Virus record (IMG/VR): IMGVR_UViG_3300028025_004089
Coordinates: 1-43,281 of that record
Origin: a virus
Taxonomy: Duplodnaviria > Caudoviricetes
Length of the DNA stretch: 43,281 bases
Direction: 5' to 3' (one strand)
Below the pieces are notes generated by a model. The model was given only the letters and a program-made list of their open reading frames with translations. It was not told the origin of the DNA and did not search any database. Each line of letters opens with the position of its first letter. Positions within the stretch are counted from its first letter, which is position 1. Of the stretch, positions 43,281 to 43,281 are shown piece by piece. The position numbers were made by a program, and so were the translations under genes.

Positions 43281-43281
43281 C

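Noticed and set aside
30684-43281. Many plus-strand ORFs of 60-335 aa opposite the ejection genes (and similar antisense ORFs elsewhere)
   Set aside because: Antisense shadows of long GC-rich genes, without SDs or recognisable motifs

Overview
A large part of a tailed dsDNA phage genome, probably with a short-tailed virion; a proteobacterial host is inferred only from sigma70-type promoters and RBS style. The minus strand carries a packaging/head operon (terS, terL, portal, GroES, scaffold, decoration-like protein, major capsid; 9672->1409) and, at the right end, three internal/ejection proteins, including a ~3,030-aa polyvalent protein. The plus strand carries a cluster of small early genes (10108-20184) and a replication module (VRR-NUC, PolA, PD-(D/E)XK nuclease, HNH, SNF2 helicase, SSB-like protein, HTH, primase-helicase; 20186-30683). 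Both ends cut through genes; no integrase, tail fibre or lysis genes were recognised. The non-coding sequence is the most interesting part. (1) A palindromic bidirectional promoter at 9695-9742 points left into the late operon and right into a ~77-nt terminated small RNA whose seed (UUGCUUCUCCUUGGGUUG) is complementary to the extended ribosome-binding sites of many early/replication genes. (2) A tRNA-mimic RNA at 27048-27175 has a canonical D/T elbow but a pseudoknot in place of the anticodon. (3) A double-pseudoknot 5' leader at 44-127 overlaps an SD. (4) Seven GGGGACA-N3-TGTCCCC palindromes punctuate the early genes. (5) A second covarying leader hairpin occurs twice. (6) A 16-bp operator family and an origin-like region with an IHF site are present. 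All calls come from reading the sequence by eye; no searches were run.
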